NCBI GenBank assembly: GCA_900551105.1
Contig: URUT01000001.1
Location: 857 to 64,856, forward strand
Source: an uncultured Mycoplasmatota bacterium
GTDB lineage: Bacteria; Bacillota_I; Bacilli_A; RF39; UBA660
Length of the DNA stretch: 64,000 nucleotides
Direction of reading: 5' to 3'
The position numbers were made by a program, and so were the translations under genes. The notes below the pieces were generated by a model that saw only the letters and a program-made list of their open reading frames with translations, was not told the origin of the DNA and made no database searches. This document shows positions 1 through 9,485 of this stretch, piece after piece; positions within the stretch are counted from its first letter, which is position 1, and each line of letters begins with the position of its first letter.

Positions 1-780
1 ACAAAAACGGATAAATTTGAAAATCATTTTTCTGACACCACAGATTCTTCATACGATAATGGCTTAGATAATTATCATTATACATGTTTTTCTACTAGTA
101 GAACCTGTTCTAGCGTTTCCTACATATATTCACTTTGGTATTCATCATCATTATATATTTTTTATTTAACGCTAGAAAATGGAAACACTATTGAAACTGC
201 TCTAAACGAAATGCTATTTGCAGACGATGTTAACTCAACTAATTCTGAGTTAAAAACAATAGTTGATAACTGGTATAAAACAAACATGACTTCTGCTACA
301 AATTATTTAGAAAATACAATCTTTTGTGCTAACCGTAATATTAATGATTATGGTGGATTTAATCCGAATGGTGGAAATCTAACATCTAATTTTCTGTTAA
401 ACTATACAACATTAACTTGTTCTAACAAGTTGGACCAATATACATTAAAAGTATCAGCTGGCGGAACAGCAAATTATGGAAACAATGCCTTAGACTATCC
501 AGTTGGCCTTTATAACGTTAAAGAAGCTCTGCTTTCATCAAATAATAATAAAGCAGGTTCCTTTTTAACTAGTAATAATTTATATTATTTAATAAATAAT
601 TTTGGAATAACATCATCAGGTTTTTTACAACCTGGCTTCGTTAACAAAAGGGGGGTAGCAATAAGCTATGTTACAGGCGAAAAAATGGGCATCAGGCCCG
701 TAGTATCTCTTCGTACAGATATCATTCTAACTGGCGGTACAGGGGAGGCTGACAATCCATATACTGTATCTCTTCCTTAA
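1..780 (+). CDS. 3' part of a secreted-protein family member, 5' end outside the window. Paralog of the 31039, 35193 and 36850 genes.
   Basis: Frame 1 is open from nt 1 with no stop before 778. The C-terminus ...GIRPVVSLRTDIILTGGTGEADNPYTVSLP matches the conserved tails ...GVRPTISIPSSTKVGGNGTADDPYIVQ and ...AIRPSITLDKNTASTGSGTSSDPYVVK of the downstream paralogs. The internal WY..N / C.N / GL...E motifs also align. Confidence 0.6.
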   Translation, partial: TKTDKFENHFSDTTDSSYDNGLDNYHYTCFSTSRTCSSVSYIYSLWYSSSLYIFYLTLENGNTIETALNEMLFADDVNSTNSELKTIVDNWYKTNMTSATNYLENTIFCANRNINDYGGFNPNGGNLTSNFLLNYTTLTCSNKLDQYTLKVSAGGTANYGNNALDYPVGLYNVKEALLSSNNNKAGSFLTSNNLYYLINNFGITSSGFLQPGFVNKRGVAISYVTGEKMGIRPVVSLRTDIILTGGTGEADNPYTVSLP

Positions 781-804
781 GTATCTAAAATAAAAATATC
801 GGAC

Positions 805-1167
805 TTAATTGCCCGATTTTTGTATACCTAAACTAGCACCTATTAAAGATGATAAACAAATAATAATATAATAAATTAGTGTATTAAACTGATAATGATT
901 ATGAAATAGTAAACTAAATACAAACATAAATAGTGAAAGAATAACACCTAATGCAAGACCATGTATAAATCCTCTTTTACTTACTGTCTTGCCCAGTTTA
1001 TAGCCACTATATAAAGCAATAACTCCAAAAAAGATAATTGTAATAAGCTTAGTAGAAAACACTCCAAATAAATTAAGAATTGCTAAAATTAATGGAAAAG
1101 CAAAAACAAATACTAAAGGAATAACTAATATTTTTAAATAATTTATAATTAAATTCAAAATAACCAC
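805..1167 (-). CDS. small integral membrane protein, hypothetical
   Basis: 120-aa ORF made almost entirely of hydrophobic helices. No recognisable catalytic motif. Confidence 0.4.
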   Translation of the reverse strand: MVILNLIINYLKILVIPLVFVFAFPLILAILNLFGVFSTKLITIIFFGVIALYSGYKLGKTVSKRGFIHGLALGVILSLFMFVFSLLFHNHYQFNTLIYYIIICLSSLIGASLGIQKSGN

Positions 1168-1188
1168 CTAGTAAAATCTATGTGGCTA

Positions 1189-1551
1189 TTATTTTTTTAT
1201 GCAAAGATTAGCAGCACTATTATAAGCTCTAAGTAAATTTGAAGCCCCAAGTTTAACCCCACCATAATATCTTACTACTAATAATAAATATCCATCTAAA
1301 CTATTTCGCTCTAAAATATTAAAGAAAGCAAGACCAATACCACCTGGTTCTTTATCATCACTTTTGCCACCTGTATTATTAACTTTATAAGCATAGGGAA
1401 CATGTCTATACCCCTTATTTTCATCTTTTACATAAGAAATAATACTAGCAACATCTTCTTTACTATCTATTTTAAAAAGCATACCAATAAACTTAGATTT
1501 CTTTTGAACAACTAAAGAATCACTAATTAAATTAAAATTCATAACAATCAC
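1189..1551 (-). CDS. yigZ: IMPACT / YigZ-family N-terminal domain protein (UPF0029), short form
   Basis: The motifs SKFIGMLF, YRHVPYAYKV, DDKEPGGIGLAFFNIL and LLLVVRYYGGVKLGASNLLRAY match the YigZ/IMPACT N-domain pattern (RHHC.AW, SDDGEP.GTAG, VVVRYYGGI.LG.GGL.RAY). The ORF is only 120 aa, so the usual C-terminal domain is absent. Confidence 0.6.
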   Translation of the reverse strand: MIVMNFNLISDSLVVQKKSKFIGMLFKIDSKEDVASIISYVKDENKGYRHVPYAYKVNNTGGKSDDKEPGGIGLAFFNILERNSLDGYLLLVVRYYGGVKLGASNLLRAYNSAANLCIKK

Positions 1552-1610
1552 AAAAAAATTATATCAAAATTTAAGTAATAATAAAACCTAAAATGTGTTA
1601 AAATAAAACT

Positions 1611-3374
1611 GTGATGTTTATGTTTAAAGAAGAAATTGCCCTTATTCCTAATAAGCCAGGCTCATATCAAATGTATGATAAAAATAATATAATAATCTAT
1701 GTTGGTAAAGCCAAAAACTTACATAAAAGAGTAAGTTCTTATTTTCGTGGAAAACATTCTGGTAAAACGGCCAAGATGATAAGTGACATAGCTTACTTTA
1801 AATATATTGTAACCTCTACGGAGCTAGAAGCATTTATTTTAGAAATAAATCTAATTAAAAAATATAGTCCAAAATATAACATTTTACTAAAAGATGACAA
1901 GAGTTACCCTTATATTGAATATACTAGAAAACCATTTCCTAGTCTAAAAGTAGTAAGATACTTGTCAGCTAAAAAACACAAAGATAAAGTTTTATTTGGC
2001 CCTTATGTAAATGCTTATGCAGCAAGAAGAATAACTAGCTTAATTAATAGATTATACCCATTAAAAAAATGTGAAGGTCTGCCAAAAGAAGTATGTCTTT
2101 ACTATCATATTCATGAATGCTTAGGATACTGCACCAAAAAAGTAGATGAAAACCAAATCCTTGATATGGAAAACGAAATTATTTCTTTCCTTAAAGGTAA
2201 CGAAGATATTATTAAAAATAAATTAAAAGAAAAAATAAATTACTATTCTGAAAATATGAACTATGAGATGGCTTTAGACTTAAAAAAAGAACTAGATTAT
2301 ATGACCGTAGTTTTAGAAAAACAAAAAGTAGAGCTAACTAATAAAGAAGATATGGACATTATCAACTATGTCTTTGAAAATGGTTTTATCTCTCTTGAAA
2401 TTCTATTTATCAGAGCTGGTAAACTAGTTGGTAACTATACTGAAATCAAACCAGTAACCGACGACTACTTAAACGAACTAGAATACTACATAGCGCTTTT
2501 CTATAATAAAAAAGAAGTCCCTAAAGAAATTCTTTTACCAGATGAAATAGATCCAAACATCTTAAAAGAAATTATCAATACTAAATTTATTAAAATAAGT
2601 AGGGGACCAAAACACAAACTTCTTAAAATGGCTAAAGAAAACGCTAGTATTAATTTAGAAAATAACTTCAAAAGAATTTTAAATGAAATAAATAGAAGTA
2701 CCGGTGCTAATGAAGAATTAGAAAAACTGTTAAATATTGGCATCAAAAGAATAGATGTATTTGACAACTCAAATCTTTTTGGTTCCTTTGCCGTATCAGG
2801 TATGGTTGTTTTTGTAGATGGTAAACCAAGTAAGAATAAGTATCGTAAATATAAAATTATGGTTGATAAAAACGATGATTATCACACTATGAAAGAAGTA
2901 ATCTATCGTAGATATTATCGGGCTCTACTTGAAAAAGATTTACCAGACTTAATTTTAGTAGATGGTGGCAAAAGTCAAATAGGAGCAACCAAAGAAGTAT
3001 TAGAAGAACTAAATTTAAATATCAAAGTCTGCGGATTAGTTAAAAATGATAAACACCGCACAAATGACTTACTTGATGGTGATACCTTAGAAATCTATCA
3101 AATAGATCACACAAGTAACTTATTTCACTATCTGACTAGAATGCAAGATGAAGTTCATAGATACACAATAAATTATCATCGTCAAATTAGATCTAAAGGA
3201 AATATCGCAAGTGTTTTAGATAACATTCCTGGAATTGGCGAAAAAAGAAGAAAAGAACTTATTAAAACTTATGGTAGCATCAAAAAAATTAAAGAAGCAA
3301 GTATCACTGACCTAGCAACAATTTTACCATTAGACGTCGCTGAAAAGCTTCATAACTACCTAAAAGAAATCTAA
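1611..3374 (+). CDS. uvrC: excinuclease ABC subunit C
   Basis: N-terminal GIY-YIG motif (PGSYQMYDK...IIYVGKAKNLHKRVSSYF), UvrC-length ORF of 587 aa, and a C-terminal HhH region (IPGIGEKRRKELIKTYGS). Confidence 0.9.
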   Translation: MMFMFKEEIALIPNKPGSYQMYDKNNIIIYVGKAKNLHKRVSSYFRGKHSGKTAKMISDIAYFKYIVTSTELEAFILEINLIKKYSPKYNILLKDDKSYPYIEYTRKPFPSLKVVRYLSAKKHKDKVLFGPYVNAYAARRITSLINRLYPLKKCEGLPKEVCLYYHIHECLGYCTKKVDENQILDMENEIISFLKGNEDIIKNKLKEKINYYSENMNYEMALDLKKELDYMTVVLEKQKVELTNKEDMDIINYVFENGFISLEILFIRAGKLVGNYTEIKPVTDDYLNELEYYIALFYNKKEVPKEILLPDEIDPNILKEIINTKFIKISRGPKHKLLKMAKENASINLENNFKRILNEINRSTGANEELEKLLNIGIKRIDVFDNSNLFGSFAVSGMVVFVDGKPSKNKYRKYKIMVDKNDDYHTMKEVIYRRYYRALLEKDLPDLILVDGGKSQIGATKEVLEELNLNIKVCGLVKNDKHRTNDLLDGDTLEIYQIDHTSNLFHYLTRMQDEVHRYTINYHRQIRSKGNIASVLDNIPGIGEKRRKELIKTYGSIKKIKEASITDLATILPLDVAEKLHNYLKEI

Positions 3375-3399
3375 CTTACTATAATAGTAAGTTTTTTTT
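3373..3399. terminator. bidirectional intrinsic terminator between uvrC (+) and an XRE gene (-)
   Basis: Palindrome ACTTACTAT A ATAGTAAGT followed by a T8 run on the + strand and an A-run on the - strand. Confidence 0.6.
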
Positions 3400-3421
3400 A
3401 TAAAAAAAATATAACTTATCG

Positions 3422-3724
3422 TTATACTTTATCATCTTCATCTAAAATTTCTATTCCGAGTTGCTTTAAATAATCACTTATATCTTCTTTAACAAACATC
3501 TCTAACGGAATATCTAAACACCTTGCAAAAGAGTAGAGAACAGCTAAGCTAAACGTTTGCGTAGTTTTTGCACTTTCAATATTACCAATTAAACCTCTAG
3601 AGAAGGTCGTCTTTTCAGCTAATTGTTCCTGAGTAATGCCACGATATTTTCTAAATAACTTAATTCTTTTAGAAACTAAATCATAAATATATTTAATATC
3701 TTCCTTGTTATTCATATTAAGCAC
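3422..3724 (-). CDS. XRE-family helix-turn-helix transcriptional regulator
   Basis: HTH_XRE signature LFRKYRGITQEQLAEKTTFSRGLIGNIESAK in a 100-aa ORF. Confidence 0.75.
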   Translation of the reverse strand: MLNMNNKEDIKYIYDLVSKRIKLFRKYRGITQEQLAEKTTFSRGLIGNIESAKTTQTFSLAVLYSFARCLDIPLEMFVKEDISDYLKQLGIEILDEDDKV

Positions 3725-3799
3725 TCCTCAATAATATTTTATCAAGAAGATGCCAAAGATTTTGTCAGTATATGGTGTGAAAAGAAAAAGAGTAGTTAC

Positions 3800-4030
3800 C
3801 TACTCAAAAAAGTTTTTAAAATCGACTTCTAAAGCTTCAGAAATTTTACCTACTGTTGCGATAGAAAAACTTTTATTCTTCTTTTTACTTTCAATTTCAC
3901 ATATATAATCAGTACTCAAATTCGCTTCATCAGCTAATTTTGCTTGTGTAAAATTCTTTTCTAATCTATATTTACGAATATTACCTCTTACTAAATTATA
4001 ATAATAACTATCAGATTTTCTTTCTACCAT
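3800..4030 (-). CDS. XRE-family helix-turn-helix transcriptional regulator
   Basis: HTH_XRE signature RLEKNFTQAKLADEANLSTDYICEIESKK in a 76-aa ORF. Confidence 0.7.
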   Translation of the reverse strand: MVERKSDSYYYNLVRGNIRKYRLEKNFTQAKLADEANLSTDYICEIESKKKNKSFSIATVGKISEALEVDFKNFFE

Positions 4031-4128
4031 AATTTACTCTCCTAACATTATTTTCTCAAAAAACTAAAAGAAAATGAACGGGCGTATAGTCCTAGTTTAT
4101 GATGAGTAAAATAGCAATAAATTATACA

Positions 4129-4821
4129 TTAAATCTTTTTATTCTTAATAAATTCCCTAAAAATCTTAGTAATAGCTCTTTTTTCTATTCTAGAAACATA
4201 ACTTCTAGATATTTTCATTTCTTTACTAATTTCTTTTTGAGTCATTTCTCTAGTATTATATAAGCCATATCTTTTAATTATTATTTCTTTTTCTCTTTTA
4301 GATAAAGTATCTAAATATTTAAGTAGCAAATCTATTTTATTTTGAGTATCAATCATATCAGCAATATCTTCATTATCACATTTTAAAACATCAATTAAAT
4401 TTATTTCATTACCATCTTTATCAAAACCAATTGAATCATTTAAACTTACATTATTTAAATGCTTCTTATTACTTCTATAATGCATTAAGATTTCATTTTC
4501 AATACATCTAGCAGCATAAGTTGTAAGTCTCGTATTTTTACTTGGTTTATACGAATCAATTCCTTTTACTAAGCCTATTGTACCAATGCTTATTAAATCA
4601 TCTTGTAAATATTCGTTGTTTTCATATTTTTTTACAATGTGCGCAACTAATCTTAAATTATGCTCAATAAGTTTATTTCTTGCATCTTTATCCCCAAGTA
4701 GCATCTTTCTAGTGGCTTCTTCTTCATCAGTTTTATTTAGTGGCTGAGGAAAAACATTAATTGAATAAGAACCTGTAAAAAACATTAGGCCTTTTAACAA
4801 ACTAATTAAATATAACATCAA
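4129..4821 (-). CDS. sigK: RNA polymerase sporulation sigma factor pro-sigma-K, intact (no skin-like interruption)
   Basis: Hydrophobic pro-sequence ending ...NVFPQPL, then KLIEHNLRLVAHIVKKY, DLISIGTIGLVKGIDSY and TYAARCIENEILMHYRS. These are near-identical to B. subtilis SigK (FPQPL; LIEHNLRLVAHIVKKF; ATYAARCIENEILMH). Confidence 0.85.
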   Translation of the reverse strand: MMLYLISLLKGLMFFTGSYSINVFPQPLNKTDEEEATRKMLLGDKDARNKLIEHNLRLVAHIVKKYENNEYLQDDLISIGTIGLVKGIDSYKPSKNTRLTTYAARCIENEILMHYRSNKKHLNNVSLNDSIGFDKDGNEINLIDVLKCDNEDIADMIDTQNKIDLLLKYLDTLSKREKEIIIKRYGLYNTREMTQKEISKEMKISRSYVSRIEKRAITKIFREFIKNKKI

Positions 4822-4885
4822 ATCACCTAATAAAATATATGAAAACTATTATAAAAACTAGACTGTAAACTTTAGTTATGATAAT

Positions 4886-5962
4886 ATGTTTATGGTGGTA
4901 AAAGTGAAAAAAATCGTTTTATTTTTAATAATGTTAAGTTTTCCAATCTTAGTAAGTGCCAATAATAACTATAAAGTAGTTAAGCATTATATTGATAGTG
5001 AAATAGAAATAAGTGGTAACCTAAGAGTAAAAGAACTTCTTATCGTAGATGGTGAAATTGATTATTTATTAAGAACTCTTAATTATAATTCTTTTGGTAG
5101 CAAATGGGATGGTAAAACTGTCAATCTAGAAAATGGTGAAATATATAATGCCTTAAATATTTATAACTTTGCTTGTAGTGCTTATAAATATAATAATGAA
5201 GAAATTAATATCAATGATTTAGGTAAAGATGTTACATATTTTAAAGAATTAGATCCTAAAAAAGTTAGCGATAAAACCTTTAATATAAAAACAAAAGATG
5301 GTGAAAATGATTACTATATTTATTACCAAAGTAGTGGGTTAACCGCGTTTTACTTAGAGTATGTTATTGGTAATGCAGTAGTATCTCATAATGATATAAA
5401 GGAGTTAAATTACACATTTAAAAATTTAAATTATGCACCTAAGACCACTCTTTTAAGAGTTCTAATCCCATATCCAACTAGTGATGAAAGTTATCATGCA
5501 TTTCTTCACGGCGCTAAAGGTGGTTATGAAGATATTGAAAAAGACGGTCAAAAATACGGAATAGTAGCAGTCTATGAAAACTTAAAAGGTAGCCCAAATA
5601 TAAGAATAACTATGCCACTAGATCAAGTTCCTATTGATATTAATACAAACAAATCAAACATTGATGCACTAGACAAAATAATAGAAATTGAAGATAAATT
5701 AAGTGCTAATAGTCAAAAGGGTAAAACAATCAATAAATATGCTAAATTAGTTCTAATATCATTAAGTATTTTATATGTTCTAGTAGGTATTTATATTTAC
5801 AAAAACAGTAATAAAGTATTACTACTAATCTACTCAGTTCTAGGTTTATTACTATGTTTATTTAATTATTTATTTAAAACAGAAATCTATTATATTTACT
5901 TAGTTATCCTTGCACCTATATTATTATTTATTATCAATAAAATTAAAGAAAGAAAAAATTAA
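4886..5962 (+). CDS. signal-peptide membrane protein, possibly DUF2207-like
   Basis: N-terminal signal (LFLIMLSFPILVSA), a beta-rich ectodomain and C-terminal TM helices. The N-terminal domain pattern loosely resembles the DUF2207 gene at 33387. Confidence 0.35.
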   Translation: MFMVVKVKKIVLFLIMLSFPILVSANNNYKVVKHYIDSEIEISGNLRVKELLIVDGEIDYLLRTLNYNSFGSKWDGKTVNLENGEIYNALNIYNFACSAYKYNNEEININDLGKDVTYFKELDPKKVSDKTFNIKTKDGENDYYIYYQSSGLTAFYLEYVIGNAVVSHNDIKELNYTFKNLNYAPKTTLLRVLIPYPTSDESYHAFLHGAKGGYEDIEKDGQKYGIVAVYENLKGSPNIRITMPLDQVPIDINTNKSNIDALDKIIEIEDKLSANSQKGKTINKYAKLVLISLSILYVLVGIYIYKNSNKVLLLIYSVLGLLLCLFNYLFKTEIYYIYLVILAPILLFIINKIKERKN

Positions 5963-5964
5963 TT

Positions 5965-6552
5965 ATGCAATATTTTGAAAATAACGAAAATTTAAAAAGT
6001 GAATTAAGAACACTTAACTATACTTATGAAAACAATCATTTTACCTTTTATAGTGATCTTGGCGTCTTTTCGAAAGATAAAATTGATTTGGGAAGCCGAC
6101 TTCTAGTAGAAACTTATTTTAAATACGGTAAAAAATCTATTAAAATTCTAGATGTCGGTTGTGGTTATGGTTTTATTGGCATAACCCTAAATAAAGTAAT
6201 GGATGCTAACGTAGATATGATAGACATTAACGATAGAGCAATGCACCTAGCCAAAATGAATCAAAAGGAAAATAAAGCGGTAGTTAATATCTTTAAAAGT
6301 AACATCTATGAAAATATTACTGAAAAATACGACTGCATAATAAGTAATCCACCAATTAGGGCAGGTAAAAGCGTTTATTTAACGATTATTAATGAAGCTC
6401 CCAAATACCTTAATCCTAGTGGTGAATTATGGTTTGTTATGCGTACCAATCATGGCGTAAAAACTGTAATTAAAAATTTAAAAGCAAAATATAGTGTAGA
6501 AATTCTAAAAAAAGATATGGGATACTACATAGTTAAAGTATTATGCGCATGA
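5965..6552 (+). CDS. class I SAM-dependent methyltransferase, RsmC/RlmG small-domain type
   Basis: SAM motif ILDVGCGYGFIGI and catalytic ISNPPIRAG (NPPY-like) in a 195-aa ORF. Confidence 0.65.
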   Translation: MQYFENNENLKSELRTLNYTYENNHFTFYSDLGVFSKDKIDLGSRLLVETYFKYGKKSIKILDVGCGYGFIGITLNKVMDANVDMIDINDRAMHLAKMNQKENKAVVNIFKSNIYENITEKYDCIISNPPIRAGKSVYLTIINEAPKYLNPSGELWFVMRTNHGVKTVIKNLKAKYSVEILKKDMGYYIVKVLCA

Positions 6553-6626
6553 AATATCATGCGTTTTTATTATCTTCATCTAGCACTTTTATTTTTCTCA
6601 TGATATACTTTAAATGGTGATTAAAG

Positions 6627-9485
6627 ATGGATGCAATAAGTATAAAAACTGATTATGAAGTACTAGCCAGTCTAATTAAAATACCAGACTTAATTTCCTA
6701 TGCTAAAAGTAAAAATCTTGATGCTTTAGGAATTATTGATAATAACTTATGTGCATCTGCTGAGTTTCTAAAAGTCTGCAACCAAAATAATATTAAACCC
6801 TTAATAGCGCTTGATATAGAAATAGATAATAAACATTTATATTTATATGCCAAAGAAGAAAAATCTTTAAAAAAACTCTTTAAAATAAATACTTATAAAT
6901 TAGATAATGAAATTACAAAAGAGTACTTAGTTCCAATGCTAAAAGACTTTTTAGTAGTTGTAACAGACATAGAACTTTATAAAGAACTAGAGACGCATAC
7001 AGATAAAATTTACTTTGGTTATGATAATGAAAATACCAAAAAAGTAGGGATAGACCAAAAAGCCAAAACTGTATTTTTTAATATTACCAAAACTCTTCAA
7101 AAAGAAGATACTAAATATCTTAAATATTTAACTTTAATAGAAGATGGTAAAAAACCAGAAATAAATCAAATGGATGCCAAAGAAAACTATTTAAAGCCAG
7201 GAAATAATTTAGAATTTACCAGTCAAATCAATATTACACTATCACAAAATCCTAATTTAATTCCTCACTATGATGAAAAAATCAAAGATAGCTACGAATA
7301 CTTAAAACAGTTAGCAGTTCTTGGCCTTAAAAAAAGGTTAAATGGGGTTGTCCCAAAAAACTATCAAGAAAGACTTTTATACGAACTTAAAGTTATTAAG
7401 GACATGAACTTTGTTGACTACTTCTTAATCGTTTATGACTACGTTAAATACGCAAGAAACAACGATATAATGGTCGGCCCGGGAAGAGGATCCGCAGCAG
7501 GCAGCTTAGTTACTTACTCACTTGGAATAACTATGATTGATCCCTTAAAATATAATTTACTATTTGAAAGATTTCTAAATAAAGAAAGAGTAACAATGCC
7601 CGATATTGATATTGACTTTGATGCTAAAGAGCGCTGGCGAGTAATTAACTATGTTAAAGAAAGATATGGCGATAACTGTGTTATGCCAATTATGACTTAT
7701 GGTACATTTGCATCTAAACAAGTTCTTTTATCCATTGCTAAAATTTGGGGAGTGGAAATAGATGCTTTGATGCCCTTAATAGATGCCAAAAAAACTTTAA
7801 AAGAAAATCTAACACCTGAGGTAATTAAAATCTTAAATTCTAATTTAGAAATTAAAAAAATCTACTACGAAGCTTTTAAATTTGAAGGATTAAAAAAACA
7901 TATTAGTACCCATGCCGCCGGCGTTGTTATCTGTAATACTGCACTTGATAATATTATTCCAATTATTAAAAGTGGAGATACTTACCTTACTGGCTATACA
8001 ATGAACTATTTAGAAGCCCTTGGCCTACTTAAAATGGACTTTTTAGCTATCAAAGACTTAACCACCATGAAAATGATTATAGATGATATAAACGAAAAGC
8101 TAGACTTAAATAAAATAGATTTAGAAGATGAAAGTGTCTTAAACGAATTTAAAAAAGTTAACACCACAGGTATATTTCAATTTGAAAGTGAAGGCATGAA
8201 AAGCTTCTTACAAAAATTAAAACCATCAAAATTTGATGATCTAGTAGTTGCTCTTGCTCTATATAGACCAGGACCCATGCAAAACATTGATACCTTTATT
8301 CGCCGTAAAGAAGGCAAGGAAAAAGTAGATTACATCACTCCTGAACTAGAAGATATTTTAAAAGAAACCTACGGAATTATTGTCTACCAAGAACAAATAA
8401 TGCAAATATTTACAACGCTAGCAGGTTACTCATACAGTGAAGCTGACATCATCAGAAGAGCCATATCCAAAAAGAAAGAAGAAGTCATTAAAGAAGAACA
8501 AATCAAATTTATAACTCGTGCTAAAAATAAAGTAAGTGAAGAAACTGCAAGTAAAATATATGACTTAATCATGAAATTTGCTAACTATGGCTTTAATAAA
8601 TCTCACTCAGTAGCTTATGCTTTCGTTGGTTATCAAATGATGTATCTAAAAGTAAAATACCCACTATATTTCTACAAAGACCTTCTAACTATTAATATTG
8701 GCTCGGCAACTAAAACCAAAGAATATATTGACGAAGCCAAAAGCCTAGGAATAAAAATAGTAAAGCCAGATATTAATTTAAGCACTAATGAATACATAAT
8801 CCATGAAGAAAGTATCTTAATGCCTTTTAACATTATTAAAAATGTGGGTGGTACTGCCAGTAATGATATCGTAAAAGAAAGGGAAAAAGGTCCATTCCAA
8901 GACTTCTATGACTTTGTAAGTCGCCTATACGGTAAGTCAGTAAACACTAAAACAATTACTAATCTAATTATGGCTGGTGTCTTTGATAACTTTAACGAAA
9001 CTAGAAACACGCTTATAAATTCCATGAAAAATGCTAGCATCTATGCCGAACTAATTAGTGGGTTAGATAGCTCACTAGTTTCAAAACCGGAACTAGAAAG
9101 AAAAGAAGAGTTTCCACTAAATGAACTTATGAAAGCTGAAATAGACCTTTATGGTTTTTATGTATCCAATCACCCAGCCAGTAAATTTAAAGGTATAAAA
9201 ATTAACGAAATACCTAACTACTTTGATAAAATGATTGAAATATATGGTCTTTTAGAAAGCATTAAAACTATCAAGACCAAGAAAAATGACACTATGGCCT
9301 TCTTAAAAATATCTGATGAAACTGGTTACTTTGACTGTATAATCTTTCCTAAAAAAATAGATTACATCAACCGCATCAAAGAAGGTGAGGTCCTAAAGTT
9401 TTATGGCCACGTAGAAAAAAGATACGATAAATACCAATTAATTATTAATAAAATAGATAAAATAAGAAATGAGGAACAAAAATGA
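6627..9485 (+). CDS. dnaE: DNA polymerase III alpha subunit
   Basis: N-terminal PHP domain, polymerase core motifs GPGRGSAAGSLVTYSLGIT and MPDIDIDF, an HhH region and an OB fold, in a 952-aa ORF. Confidence 0.9.
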   Translation: MDAISIKTDYEVLASLIKIPDLISYAKSKNLDALGIIDNNLCASAEFLKVCNQNNIKPLIALDIEIDNKHLYLYAKEEKSLKKLFKINTYKLDNEITKEYLVPMLKDFLVVVTDIELYKELETHTDKIYFGYDNENTKKVGIDQKAKTVFFNITKTLQKEDTKYLKYLTLIEDGKKPEINQMDAKENYLKPGNNLEFTSQINITLSQNPNLIPHYDEKIKDSYEYLKQLAVLGLKKRLNGVVPKNYQERLLYELKVIKDMNFVDYFLIVYDYVKYARNNDIMVGPGRGSAAGSLVTYSLGITMIDPLKYNLLFERFLNKERVTMPDIDIDFDAKERWRVINYVKERYGDNCVMPIMTYGTFASKQVLLSIAKIWGVEIDALMPLIDAKKTLKENLTPEVIKILNSNLEIKKIYYEAFKFEGLKKHISTHAAGVVICNTALDNIIPIIKSGDTYLTGYTMNYLEALGLLKMDFLAIKDLTTMKMIIDDINEKLDLNKIDLEDESVLNEFKKVNTTGIFQFESEGMKSFLQKLKPSKFDDLVVALALYRPGPMQNIDTFIRRKEGKEKVDYITPELEDILKETYGIIVYQEQIMQIFTTLAGYSYSEADIIRRAISKKKEEVIKEEQIKFITRAKNKVSEETASKIYDLIMKFANYGFNKSHSVAYAFVGYQMMYLKVKYPLYFYKDLLTINIGSATKTKEYIDEAKSLGIKIVKPDINLSTNEYIIHEESILMPFNIIKNVGGTASNDIVKEREKGPFQDFYDFVSRLYGKSVNTKTITNLIMAGVFDNFNETRNTLINSMKNASIYAELISGLDSSLVSKPELERKEEFPLNELMKAEIDLYGFYVSNHPASKFKGIKINEIPNYFDKMIEIYGLLESIKTIKTKKNDTMAFLKISDETGYFDCIIFPKKIDYINRIKEGEVLKFYGHVEKRYDKYQLIINKIDKIRNEEQK

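Noticed and set aside
2501-2767. 88-aa minus-strand ORF inside uvrC, and similar antisense ORFs at 15366-15602, 15933-16142, 16262-16483, 16725-16907, 25690-25881, 28260-28481, 29043-29456, 29856-30680, 40955-41185, 43164-43394, 43957-44148, 45026-45250, 47644-47919, 52231-52413, 58299-58514, 59504-59686, 60085-60987
   Set aside because: Each lies entirely within a well-supported gene on the opposite strand. They are low-complexity and Leu/Ile/Phe/Ser-rich, as expected from antisense reading of AT-rich coding DNA, and have no RBS. I regard them as spurious.
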